In this document: piece after piece, positions 12,799 to 23,993 of the stretch | How the letters are laid out: the number at the start of each line of letters is the position of its first letter | How positions within the stretch are numbered: the first letter of the stretch is position 1 | Origin: Carcharhinus longimanus | Taxonomy: Eukaryota | Length of the DNA: 64,000 bases | Reading direction: 5' to 3' | Assembly: GCA_030264375.1 (NCBI GenBank) | Contig: JASCQW010000132.1 | Span: forward strand, 88,253,536 to 88,317,535 | Program-made: the position numbers and the translations under genes | Notes under the pieces: model-generated | Database searches by the model: none | What the model was told of the DNA's origin: nothing | The model's input: the letters and a program-made list of their open reading frames with translations, nothing else

Positions 12799-13569
12799 NN
12801 NNNNNNNNNNNNNNNNNNNNNNNNNNNNNNNNNNNNNNNNNNNNNNNNNNNNNNNNNNNNNNNNNNNNNNNNNNNNNNNNNNNNNNNNNNNNNNNNNNCC
12901 AGTTGACTTTCAGAGGTGCGTGGCCATTGGCAGCACCTTAGCACCACGCTCACTATAATCTCTGATCAGAACTTAGTAAACTATCAAAAATGTATAGCAT
13001 GGATATATGCTGCCTTTATCAATTAAGCAATTCTGAAGTACTAATATGCAAAATATATTTGAATATGAATGTTTATTTTGGGATGAACTTTGCGGAGAGA
13101 CTGCAGCCAATGTATATTGCTACTTGTGGAAGATTACATTCTCCAAATAATCTCACACAATATATACAGTAGCATACAGCGATGGGTTCAAATTTTATAT
13201 TGTACTTTTGGCTTTAGGCTTATGCTACAGAGGGTACTGTACCTGTGTCAAAATGCAGTGTACAAGTAGTACCAAATTAACCAAAATCTTTGTCCTGATA
13301 ATTTTATTGACCAGAAACCATGGTGACCTTTCTAAGCTTTTCTGCTTTATTATCACTTTATATTGTATGAAGTTTTACAAAGCCAGGAGCAGTTGTGGTA
13401 AAGGATGGTCAGGTTGCAAAAAATTGACAGCATATAGAATGGTGGCCAATATATTTTCTTCACTGTTTTGGATTCAGCCACATGATTACAATGTCCAGTC
13501 GCCATACACTTCCAAATTGTTGGGCCGGTCCAAAACCATTTTTGATCATCGTACATTACATTTCAAAAA

Positions 13570-13855
13570 GTGGTTAGCACTGTTGCCTCATAGTGCCAGG
13601 GACTCAGGTACAATTCCCAGCTTGGGTTACTGTCTATGTGGAGTTTGCACGTTCTCCCCGTATCGGTGTGGATTTCCTCCAGATGCTCTGGTTTCCCCCC
13701 CACAGTTGGAAGGGTGCTGGTTAGGTGCATTGGTCTTGCTTAAATTCTCCCTCAGTGTATCCGAACAGGTACCAGGGTGTGGTGACTAGTGGATTTTCAC
13801 TGTAGTGAAAATCACAGATTTTCATTGCTGTGTTACTGTGACTAATAAATAAATA
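13570..13855 (+). mobile_element. HE1-type V-SINE with alternative (non-HER1) tail
   Basis: Same head and core; tail ctcagtgtatccgaacagg...gtgtggtgactagtggattttcac...taataaataaa. Confidence 0.85.
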
Positions 13856-15169
13856 ATGTGCTGCATTAGCTGTAAAACACTTTGAGTTATCTGGCGGTCA
13901 TGAAAGAATGCTATGTAAATGCAAGTCTTCCTTTCTTCCTACATCTTGAAACAAGGGGATGGTATTAATGCACTTTATTTATTGCAAAAATTATTCAAAT
14001 TTTCACTGGACTGATTCACATTTCCTACTGAAACTGGATTGTTAGAGATACAGATCAATCTCATCAGGAGAGTCTTGGAGAGCAGGGTGACACTTTTGAA
14101 GCCCATGACATGCATTATTATCACCTACAAGTCAACATCACTCATCCAGTGTGTTAAAGCAACAGTAACTCGCATTTTCATAGTATCTTTGATGTAGTTG
14201 CTCACAAAAACGTAGGCAAACAAAGACAATTAGGGCCGAGTCAAAGGAGGGGACATTAAGACAGGAGGTGAAGCACAAGGTCGAAGAGCAAACTTTGAAG
14301 GAACCTCTCACAGCAAGGTAACCAGCTCTACCAGCAACACCATGCCTTTCAAATTCTAAAGCGGCTGCTAACTATAGCTATTTAAGTTATCAGGTGACAT
14401 GACGGATTGGCAAGAACCACCTTTAATATCAAAATGCATCAATTAGCAGTCTTCTGCTTTGATTCTGATAGTGACTTGTCTCATTAATGTACACTTGGAT
14501 CAGTTGCAGCAACTGGAATTAAAACAAACGTTACGCACCCTTGATGTCCTTAATGTCCTCAAGTTGCATGTTTGTGCACATCTGTGCAGCTTTGAGAGCT
14601 GGGACATTTATATTAACTTACAGATCATGTGTACAAGCCTCATCACCAATATTTTTTCTTTCATTTTCACTTAAGTTTTTTTCTTTATCCTCCGCAGGTA
14701 ATGATTCATGTTGAGGTTCAACTCCAAGGGAAACAGGAAGTGCCTATTCATTATGTAGAGCCAGCGAACAGGGGTAGCTGTTCAATTACAGGTTTAGTTT
14801 ATTATCACATTAGTCTTAGTGCATTGGTGTCATTATTGTAATGTCCTTACACTCTGTTTGAATTCATGACCTATTCAGTCGACATGGCCTATTAATAGTT
14901 CATCTAAATTAACAAGATCAAGTTATAGTTTCTACACTTTATCAACTAAATGGCTCAGTATAAATGAGATTCTAGGCTGCTGTGAGTACTTAGTGAGTTT
15001 TTGCATTAAACAGTTGAACGATACAAGCTGGGAGGATTTCAGATTCAATCTCTGGTTTGTACTGAGGTAACTACTCTCAGCTGGGATAAAGGAAAAGGTG
15101 CAAAATTTGACCTCAGTGCCTCTGGGCTAGGATTGACGGGTAACTCAGTCGGATTTCCTACCCATGTAA

Positions 15170-15345
15170 GATAAAGGCAAATTACTTCAGATGCTGGAAT
15201 CTGAAACACAAACAAAAAATGCTGGAGAAACTCAGGCCTGACAGCATCTGTCAGGGTCATCCTGACTCGAAAAGTTGGCTCTTATTCTCTCTCCACAGAT
15301 GCTGTCAGAGTCTTTCCAGTATTTTCTGTTTTGGTTTCAGATTTC
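15170..15345. mobile_element. Palindromic terminal-repeat unit, probably of a second Penelope-like family
   Basis: Arms tctgaaac...aaatgctgga...ctgacagcatctgt and acagatgctgtcag...tccagtattttctg...gtttcaga; centre gggtca-tcc-tgactc-gaaa. Confidence 0.65.
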
Positions 15346-16075
15346 CTACTTCTTGTCACCATCCCTTTGACGTCAGTCGGATGTAACAGAACTGGGTCCT
15401 ATCGTACTGACTCTGATTGTTGCGACTCAAGCTTAAATGTTCATTCATTGTAGCAAAGGCAATTTGGAAGGGACTAGAGGATGATGACCTTTTGTGGAAT
15501 CTTACAGCAGCAAAGAGCCAATGTCTTCCGAAAAAAGGAGAACATTTGACAAGGAATAAAAATATGAACATGATACAAATAAATTTGCTTGTTTAAACAG
15601 CAAATCACAGCCTTTAATCCACAATGGTTTGAGTGATTCTCACATGCCTTTAGTTATTGGAAACAAGTTTAACATTGTAGAATTGCCTTAATCCCCTTTC
15701 CCACCCCTGCCATCTCCTTCCCAGCTGGGATCCTTACAAAGATCAGAGTATTTTATCGGTCATGATCAGATGTGTAATTAAGAAGATGAGGAATGTTTAA
15801 TTGTTATTTCCATTGTCTAGACACAGTTGGTTCTGAATTACAATGGAGGCGTGAGAAGGTTTGCAGCCTTTTTCTCTCCAGGTGCACCTTGCAAAATGTC
15901 ACCAGCACCCACCAAATAATTGATTCCAGTTTCAGCAGGATACAAATAAAGTTCATGATGCCCTAATTACCTTGTGTCAGACAGTGAGGGATGGTAGAAA
16001 GCAGCTTTCACTAATCCTGAACTTGCACCTTATTCTAGTTTCCCACTTATCTCCCCTCTGGGTTCTTCATGTTCA

Positions 16076-16861
16076 GTAAGAAGTCTCACAGCACCAGGTT
16101 AAAGTCCAACAGGTTTATTCAGTAGCAAATGCCACTAGCTTTCGGAGCACTNNNNNNNNNNNNNNNNNNNNNNNNNNNNNNNNNNNNNNNNNNNNNNNNN
16201 NNNNNNNNNNNNNNNNNNNNNNNNNNNNNNNNNNNNNNNNNNNNNNNNNNNNNNNNNNNNNNNNNNNNNNNNNNNNNNNNNNNNNNNNNNNNNNNNNNNN
16301 NNNNNNNNNNNNNNNNNNNNNNNNNNNNNNNNNNNNNNNNNNNNNNNNNNNNNNNNNNNNNNNNNNNNNNNNNNNNNNNNNNNNNNNNNNNNNNNNNNNN
16401 NNNNNNNNNNNNNNNNNNNNNNNNNNNNNNNNNNNNNNNNNNNNNNNNNNNNNNNNNNNNNNNNNNNNNNNNNNNNNNNNNNNNNNNNNNNNNNNNNNNN
16501 NNNNNNNNNNNNNNNNNNNNNNNNNNNNNNNNNNNNNNNNNNNNNNNNNNNNNNNNNNNNNNNNNNNNNNNNNNNNNNNNNNNNNNNNNNNNNNNNNNNN
16601 NNNNNNNNNNNNNNNNNNNNNNNNNNNNNNNNNNNNNNNNNNNNNNNNNNNNNNNNNNNNNNNNNNNNNNNNNNNNNNNNNNNNNNNNNNNNNNNNNNNN
16701 NNGGTGGATGGTGTTCTCATGTGAGATGATGGCATCTGTGTCAATGATCTGGCATGTCTTGCAGAGGTTGCTGTGGCAGAGTTGTGTGGTATCGTGGTCG
16801 CTGTTCTCCTGAAGGTTGGGTAGTTTGCTGCGGACAATGGTCTGTTTGAGGTTGTGCAGTT
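16076..16861 (-). mobile_element. Penelope-like retroelement, 5'-truncated, with 14-bp TSD (middle in N gap)
   Basis: Minus strand NLKQTIVRSKLPNLQENSDHDTTQLCHSNLCKTCQII, the Cys-containing linker preceding the GIY-YIG endonuclease; terminal repeat at 16076-16151; gttcttcatgttca at 16062-16075 and 16862-16875. Confidence 0.85.
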
Positions 16862-16994
16862 GTTCTTCATGTTCATCATGGCAGAGTTTCAATTTCATGC
16901 ACCCTTTTCCTTCCCCGCCCATGCAACCATGTCATCTGAGGGAGACTAAGAAAGATGCAACTTTTGGGAAAGAATCTAGAAAATTCCCCAAATA

Positions 16995-17175
16995 ACAACA
17001 ACAACAACGTATATTTATACAACAACTTTAGCAGGACAGAAACATCCCTGGATGCTTCCCTGGAGCAATACAAAGCAAAATTAGACACCAAGGAATATAA
17101 GGCAACATTAAGGCAGATGGTCAGAAGCTTTGTTAAAGTGATAGGTTTTACGGACAGTCTTAAAGAAAGAAAGAG
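16995..17175 (-). mobile_element. L2-type LINE 3' end; resumes near 17815-17890
   Basis: aacaacaac tail then tatttatacaacaacttt...aaagtgataggttttacggacagtcttaaag. Confidence 0.6.
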
Positions 17176-17182
17176 AGACTTT

Positions 17183-17672
17183 TTAATTTGATTTATTATT
17201 GTCACATATATTAGTATACAGTGAAAAGTATTGCTTCTTGCAGGCTATACAGACAAAGCATACGATTCATCGAAAAGGAAACAAGAGAGTGCAGAAAGTA
17301 ATGTTACAATCATAGCTAGGGTGTAGAGAAAGATCAACTTAATGCAAAGTAAGCCCACTCAAAAGTCTGATGGCAGCAGGGAAGAAACTGTTCTTGAGTC
17401 AGTTGGTATGTGACCTTAGAATTCTGCATCTTTTTCCCAACAGAAGAAGGTGGAAGAGAGAATGTCCGGGGTGCGTGGGGTCCTTAATTATGCTGCTGCT
17501 TTGCTGAGGCAACGGGAAGTGTAGACAGAGTCAATGGATGGGAGGCTGGTTTGCGTGATGGACTGGGCTACATTCAAAACTTCTTGTAGTTTCTTGCTAT
17601 CTTGGGCAGAACAGGAGACATACCAAGCTGTGTTACAACCAGAAAGAATGCTTTCTGTGGTGCATCTGCAAA
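17183..17672 (-). mobile_element. Rex1/Babar-type LINE 3' fragment
   Basis: CRCTTESILSGCNTAWYVSCSAQDSKKLQEVLNVAQSITQTSLPSIDSVYTSRCLSKAA followed by IKDPTHPGH; tail aataaatcaaa on -. Confidence 0.8.
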
Positions 17673-17683
17673 AGTGTGAAGGT

Positions 17684-17815
17684 TTCAGTGAAGAGTCTAT
17701 AACTTGAAACACTAATTGTGTTTCTCTCTTCATAGATATTGGTAGACCTGCTGAGTTTTATCAACTTCCTCTGTTTTTGTTTCAGATTCCAGTATCCGCA
17801 GTATTTTGCTTATTT
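17684..17815 (+). mobile_element. Terminal-repeat arm of the second Penelope-like family
   Basis: Matches the right arm of 15170-15345 (agacctgctgagtttt...tgtttcagattccag). Confidence 0.6.
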
Positions 17816-18074
17816 TAAAGAGAGATTGGTTGACTTTGGGAGGGAATACAAGAGTTTTGGGGCCTAGACTGCTGAAGGCAGGACCACAAATGATCCTTCA
17901 CACTCCATAATCTACAGCCAGGTAGTCTGATCTTCCATGGTAACAGTTGTACATTAATTAGCTTCTATTTGTGCTACAAAGAAGTTGAGACATTTGCCAT
18001 TAGACTCTGCCAAATAGCAAGATCCACAGGCTTCTATGCTGGAGAGAATGGTCTCCAAGATCTCCTTTTATATT

Positions 18075-18405
18075 CATAGATCATCAAATCATACAGTGCA
18101 GAAGGAGGCCATCCGGCCCATCGAGTCTGCACTGACCACAATCCCACCCAGGCCCCACCCCCACAACTCTATGCATTCACCGTAGCCAGTTCCCCTGACA
18201 CCAAGGGGTAACTTAGCATGCCCAATCCACCTCACCCGCACATCTTTGGGCTGTGGAAGGAAACTGGAGCACTCAGAGAAAATCCATGCAGACACGGGGA
18301 GAACATGCATACTCCTCACAGACAGTGACCAAAGCTGGGAATCGAACCCGGGTCCCTGGCGCTCTGAGGCAGCAGTTCTGACTATTGTGCCACAATGCTA
18401 CCCAC
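18075..18405 (-). mobile_element. HE1 SINE
   Basis: Head with gggaatcgaacccggg B-box, core and HER1-type tail. Confidence 0.9.
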
Positions 18406-19390
18406 CATTGACTGCAGCCTTTCTGGATAGCCTGACAATGTACTATGTATTTCATTGTACATACTGTCAGCTTTCTTCTCAAGGCTTCTCCATCAAAGCG
18501 TATTCCTGAATGTCCTGCAGCTGAACTCATGTGCAATTTTATTCCCCAGGACCAGCTTAACACCAGCACCACTCTTACCCCTGCCCTGCTTGTAGGTTCC
18601 TCATGCCTGATGTCTGCCTCTATACTACTCTATAAATGACATGAACTGAGCTGCTGGTGATAAGTGTGAGAGTTAGTGATAGTATTTCTTCCCCTTCATT
18701 AGTCTCTTCTACCTCTTGCACTTTTTGACTCTGCTTCACCGCTTAACTAGTGGCAGCCCTTAGCTATCTGACTGGAGGACGGTATAACGGTAATTTTATA
18801 GTGAGGAGAGGCAGGGAAAGCAAGAGGTGGAAATCAGAGAATGATGGATGAGTTACAACAGAAATGTTTGAAGGAGGATTGGATATGAACATACCATCAT
18901 TTTTGATTGTTTCAGCCACACTGACCATAGCCTCAGCAATGAATGGAGCAGTGATTGGAACCACCAACTCCTTCCTTTGGATCACAACATGTTGCTGGAT
19001 AGTTTCTGCTGTCTGAATGCATGCAAACATGCGTTGCAATAGAGTGTTAGTGGGTGCTGTTCAATGTGTTTGAGTGATTTTTCAACCATGGTTGAAATAA
19101 GTGACAGTGTGTGAAAGCTGAGAAATATGGTGTAAAGCTCGCAATAGTCCAAAGTGTGTGAGGGTGAGATGAAATGTTAGGTATGAATTGTGATTGATAG
19201 AAATTGTTGGGAGTGATTGAAGAGAGCTGGTGAATGGAGCAGTGTGTATGAGGATAATAACTCAGTTGTAAGGGCANNNNNNNNNNNNNNNNNNNNNNNN
19301 NNNNNNNNNNNNNNNNNNNNNNNNNNNNNNNNNNNNNNNNNNNNNNNNNNNNNNNNNNNNNNNNNNNNNNNNNNNNNNNNNNNNNNNNNN

Positions 19391-20050
19391 GATGCCATCA
19401 GGTTCACACCCAAACAAGTGCGAACCTGCTTTATATGCACTTCAATAAACCTTAATGACATTAACTGCCCCGTTGCCAGACATTGACCCCCTCCCCTTGC
19501 CATATATTGATCTCTCTGTGATGTCACGCTGGCGAGATTTACAAATGTGAACCTATTTTGAGGGTCTCCCCAGGGGTGTGAATGTAAGTAAAGCTTCGGG
19601 GTGAGAGGGACATGGCCAGACAGTAGCCTGGCACTATCCCCTGGCACAGGTTGACACTGGCAGGTTGGCACCATGCCCAAGTCGACCTGGAGGTGCCAAC
19701 CACCCTGGCAGTGCCAAACTGTGCCAAAGGATGGGCCCCAGTGGGAGCCTTATGGTGGTTGGGGGGTCGTGGGGAGGAATTTATTTAGATTTTGCTGTAG
19801 ACTGGGAGCGAATGGAGGAGCAGGGATGCTGGTGATGGCTATTGAATGGTGTTGGGGGTGGGGCTTCCAGCTCCAATTGTTAAGGGGAGGGCACAATGAT
19901 CATGGAGGCAAGGGAAAAGGCTGATGNNNNNNNNNNNNNNNNNNNNNNNNNNNNNNNNNNNNNNNNNNNNNNNNNNNNNNNNNNNNNNNNNNNNNNNNNN
20001 NNNNNNNNNNNNNNNNNNNNNNNNNNCCCGGCAATTCCCCCGGCACCCGG
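19391..20050. mobile_element. Non-autonomous Harbinger-type element between gaps
   Basis: GC-rich ggcact/gtgcca motifs like those in 9770-10640 and 51445-52575. Confidence 0.5.
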
Positions 20051-20379
20051 TACTTTCGTCTTAATGGCAGATTCTGACAAGTTGCCCCCACCCCTCAGAA
20101 ATAATAAAAATGGACCCCCCCCCCTCTTCATTCTTTGAAAGCGCATTCCTAATCCTAGGCACTCTTCCTGAACCTTGAAGAATGAGATAGTTACTGACTG
20201 AGGAATAATATTAATTGAGTGTGATATTTACCGTGATTGTAACAAATAATCACCACGCAGAGTTTAAGGATGGAGTGTATGAGTGTTTCTTTTTTAAAAG
20301 CAGACTTCTGTCAAGTTTCATCTGAATGACAAACTGGTTGGATTGGGGTGGTGTGGTGGGAGCTAACTAAGATGCAGAG

Positions 20380-21400
20380 CGATTTTCTTTTTAAAAATGC
20401 AAGCGTCTTTGGACCCTAATTATCCCTTGCCTCGTTCTTCCCCTACTTCCCGCGTTGCTAAATTGACAATATTGAGTTGAGCTATTTTACACCCTTCAAT
20501 AAGCGTTGAAATAAATGCAGGAGGGATTCAGCCACTTTAGCAACCTGAGTACAAACAATTTTTGAAACAAATTCGAGTTGCCAAGGTATTCGATCACAAC
20601 AGCACCGCTAACTCCTCTAGTTCTACTGAAGAAAGTTATTTCCGATTTCGTCTCCGTAAAATTTCAGAAAGATAGGGAACAGCGGGAAAGAGGTGTTCAG
20701 GGGCGGATCGCCTGTTTAAGTGCCAGCTATACTTATTCCAAATCACAAAACTCCCATTAATCAGCTCTTCCCAAATTCGCTTCAGTGTGAATAGATAGAA
20801 TTTTACAATTAATACGTTTGAGTTGTTTCAGATTAACTCTCCCCAATCAACTCGGAAGTTACTATTAAAACCTAGACCATAGCCCAAGTCTAGACCTCCT
20901 TCTCGTGAAACATGAAGTTATTTGAGGTTTCGCAATGCCAAAAATAATTCCAGTATTCTATCAACCAGAATAAACTATTTTAAATATTCGGGTCTTACAA
21001 ACCCCCAGTTTCACATTTCTTCTTCCAATGAGTTTAAATTTTAAGATTTAACCTTCACACTCCGATAGAAGCTATTGAAAGTAAAATTGGGGGAAGTTTC
21101 CAATTCTTAACGCGACTCGCGTTTCGTCACAAATTGCAGTGGATAAACATTAATGAAATAGTCGAAAATGACAATTAAAGACCAGATACATGATTCGGTT
21201 TGTTGTGCCGGGGATCCCAATGCTGAGACCTGCATTAAACCGATTTGGAAGGTTCTGGTGTTTGAAAATTGGTGCTAGCTCCCAGGTTTGAGGATAGAAA
21301 TTCGTTCCCAGGGAAGTTTGATTTCATGCATAAAATATAAAAGCACATCGCAAAACAATTGTCTTGATAATTACAGAAAATGCAACAGAATTTAACGTGT
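20380..21400. promoter_or_regulatory. Repeat-free CpG-retaining island (candidate non-methylated promoter or enhancer)
   Basis: Roughly 30 or more CpGs counted by eye in about 1 kb of AT-rich unique DNA; GC box aggggcggat near 20699; acgcgactcgcgt near 21111. Confidence 0.5.
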
Positions 21401-21650
21401 CTCCATAAGCATGTTCCACTCTGAGGCTCTTCAATATAATTTCAATATTGTTGATATTTACAGTATACATTCCCCTGTTAAGGGTTTTACACAGTTACTA
21501 GCCTCTCAGTGCACCATAGCTGAAATGCCTTAAACTGTGACCCTTCCCCATTGCACCTCTATGGATACTGTCCCAACCTTACGTACTGGAAACTGGCAGA
21601 AGCAGTGCTAGTGGGCAGGATAATTTTACATCACAGTTCAGACATAATAA

Positions 21651-21821
21651 CAGGTAAAAGTCCAATAGTTTTATTGGTAGCAAAAGCCACTAGTTTTCGG
21701 AACGTTGCCCCTGACAAAGGAACAACTTTACGTGACAAACGGGCAGTGCTCCAAAAGCTAGTGGCTTTTGCTACCAAATAAACCTGTTGGACTTTAACCT
21801 GGTGTTGTGAGACTTCTTACT
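21651..21821. mobile_element. Penelope palindromic terminal-repeat unit, degenerate
   Basis: ttggtagcaaaagccactag...ctagtggcttttgctaccaaataaacctgttggactttaacctggtgttgtgagacttcttac. Confidence 0.85.
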
Positions 21822-22084
21822 TAAAAAATGCATCAAAGATAATGCTGGAGCACTGTTGACCTGATTCTCCAAACCCCACTCCCCGTGAACACAGCTCTCA
21901 GCACGGAAGTGACAAATTTACCTTATTGTAGTAAGACCAATGAGAAGAAGTCTTCAAAAATGGATTCAACCCCTCAAATATCAGACGGGCCTGAATGATG
22001 AAGTGTAATAAGGCAAAATCCTTAAAATTTTAATGTTTAGTCTCTGCATTAATGTACATACACAATACTTATATGCCAATGTTT

Positions 22085-22390
22085 TAGGTTTATTTAGCAA
22101 TGTCACAAGTAGGCTCACATTAACACTGTAATGAAGTTACTGTGAAAATTCCCTGGTCGCCACACTCCGGAGCCTGTTCGGGTACACTGAGGGAGAATTT
22201 AGCATGACGAATCCACCTAACCAGCATGTCTTTTGAACTGTGGGAGGAGACTGGAATACCCCAGAGGAAACCCACGCAGACATGGGGAGAAAGTGCAGAT
22301 TCCGCACAGACAATGACCCAAGCTGGGAATCGAACCCGGGTCCTGGTGCTGTGAGGCAGCAGTGCTAAGCATTGTGCCAAAATGCCACCA
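22085..22390 (-). mobile_element. HE1-type V-SINE with alternative tail
   Basis: gtcacaagtaggctcacattaacactgtaatgaagttactgtgaaaattccctggtcgccacac plus the HE1 head. Confidence 0.9.
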
Positions 22391-23925
22391 AAGGGATTGT
22401 CGCTCTGATGTAGCTGAATGTCCATTTAGTTGGCATAATGTATCCCCTGCTCTTGACTCTTATCATAAACTATTAGCAAAACGCACCGTGGCTGCAGGGC
22501 ATTTGGCAACTTGCCGGTGGCACATTTTCCAATAGAATTGATGTCTCCCAGGACCTTTAGTGGATCCATTCAGGATGGCCTCAACTTCAAGCAGAAATTC
22601 ATTCAAACATACAGATACTATCCGCATCATGTGCTACTGGGTGTTGGCATCAATACCATGTAACATCTTATTTGAGTTCCCAGTCAGTTAGAGGAATCCA
22701 CAGGTAAGGAGAATGGGCTGGATAGAGAGCTTGCTATGACATTAAGCGATATAGGTCTCAAAAGCCCAGAAGAATTTTCCAGCTGCCCACCCTCTCCCCC
22801 CTCACCATAATGGGTTTTCCTATGGCAGAGATGGCTTGCCGTTGCCATCGGTGGGATCTTTCAGTTCTGCTGAATGATAATTTGTATGGCTCTCCCATCC
22901 TACTGCCAGGGAACCCACAATGGCGGTTGTCTTTGATGGGACCAGATGATTCTGCCAGCAGGAGGAGTTGGAATATTCTATCCCCATTGTTAAGTTTTTG
23001 GCCTACATTGCATTAATTGATATCAGCTGACATTACAGTAGTGGTGTTATGATTAACCTTGGTGCTCTTGAGATTGGGGGCATGACGTTAACTGAAAGTT
23101 ATCTTGGGCATCAGCTCTTAGTTGAGAACCACAGCTCTCTTTTGATAAATAGGAAGTTTATGCTAATGCCTTTAAGCCTGGGTGAATGTGGTGTGCAGAG
23201 ACTCCAAACTAGAAAGAAACCTAGGCACAGATCTAATAATTAGTGTCCATAATGTGCAGGAATTATTTTTTTCTCTTGGTTCCAATATACNNNNNNNNNN
23301 NNNNNNNNNNNNNNNNNNNNNNNNNNNNNNNNNNNNNNNNNNNNNNNNNNNNNNNNNNNNNNNNNNNNNNNNNNNNNNNNNNNNNNNNNNNNNNNNNNNN
23401 NNNNNNNNNNNNNNNNNNNNNNNNNNNNNNNNNNNNNNNNNNNNNNNNNNNNNNNNNNNNNNNNNNNNNNNNNNNNNNNNNNNNNNNNNNNNNNNNNNNN
23501 NNNNNNNNNNNNNNNNNNNNNNNNNNNNNNNNNNNNNNNNNNNNNNNNNNNNNNNNNNNNNNNNNNNNNNNNNNNNNNNNNNNNNNNNNNNNNNNNNNNN
23601 NNNNNNNNNNNNNNNNNNNNNNNNNNNNNNNNNNNNNNNNNNNNNNNNNNNNNNNNNNNNNNNNNNNNNNNNNNNNNNNNNNNNNNNNNNNNNNNNNNNN
23701 NNNNNNNNNNNNNNNNNNNNNNNNNNNNNNNNNNNNNNNNNNNNNNNNNNNNNNNNNNNNNNNNNNNNNNNNNNNNNNNNNNNNNNNNNNNNNNNNNNNN
23801 NNNNNNNNNNNNNNNNNNNNNNNNNNNNNNNNNNNNNNNNNNNNNNNNNNNNNNNNNNNNNNNNNNNNNNNNNNNNNNNNNNNNNNNNNNNNNNNNNNNN
23901 NNNNNNNNNNNNNNNNNNNNNNNNT

Positions 23926-23993
23926 ATTGAATGGCGGGGCAGGCTCGAAGGGCTAGATGGCCTACTCCTGCTCCTATTTCTTATGTTCTTATG
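23926..23993 (+). mobile_element. CR1 LINE 3' tail after a gap
   Basis: gaatggcggggcaggctcgaagggctagatggcctactcctgctcctatttcttatgttcttatg. Confidence 0.8.

Noticed and set aside
22552-22703. Plus-strand exon with strong donor CAG|gtaagg
   Set aside because: All three frames contain stops and the acceptor is modest; at most a non-coding exon, unsupported
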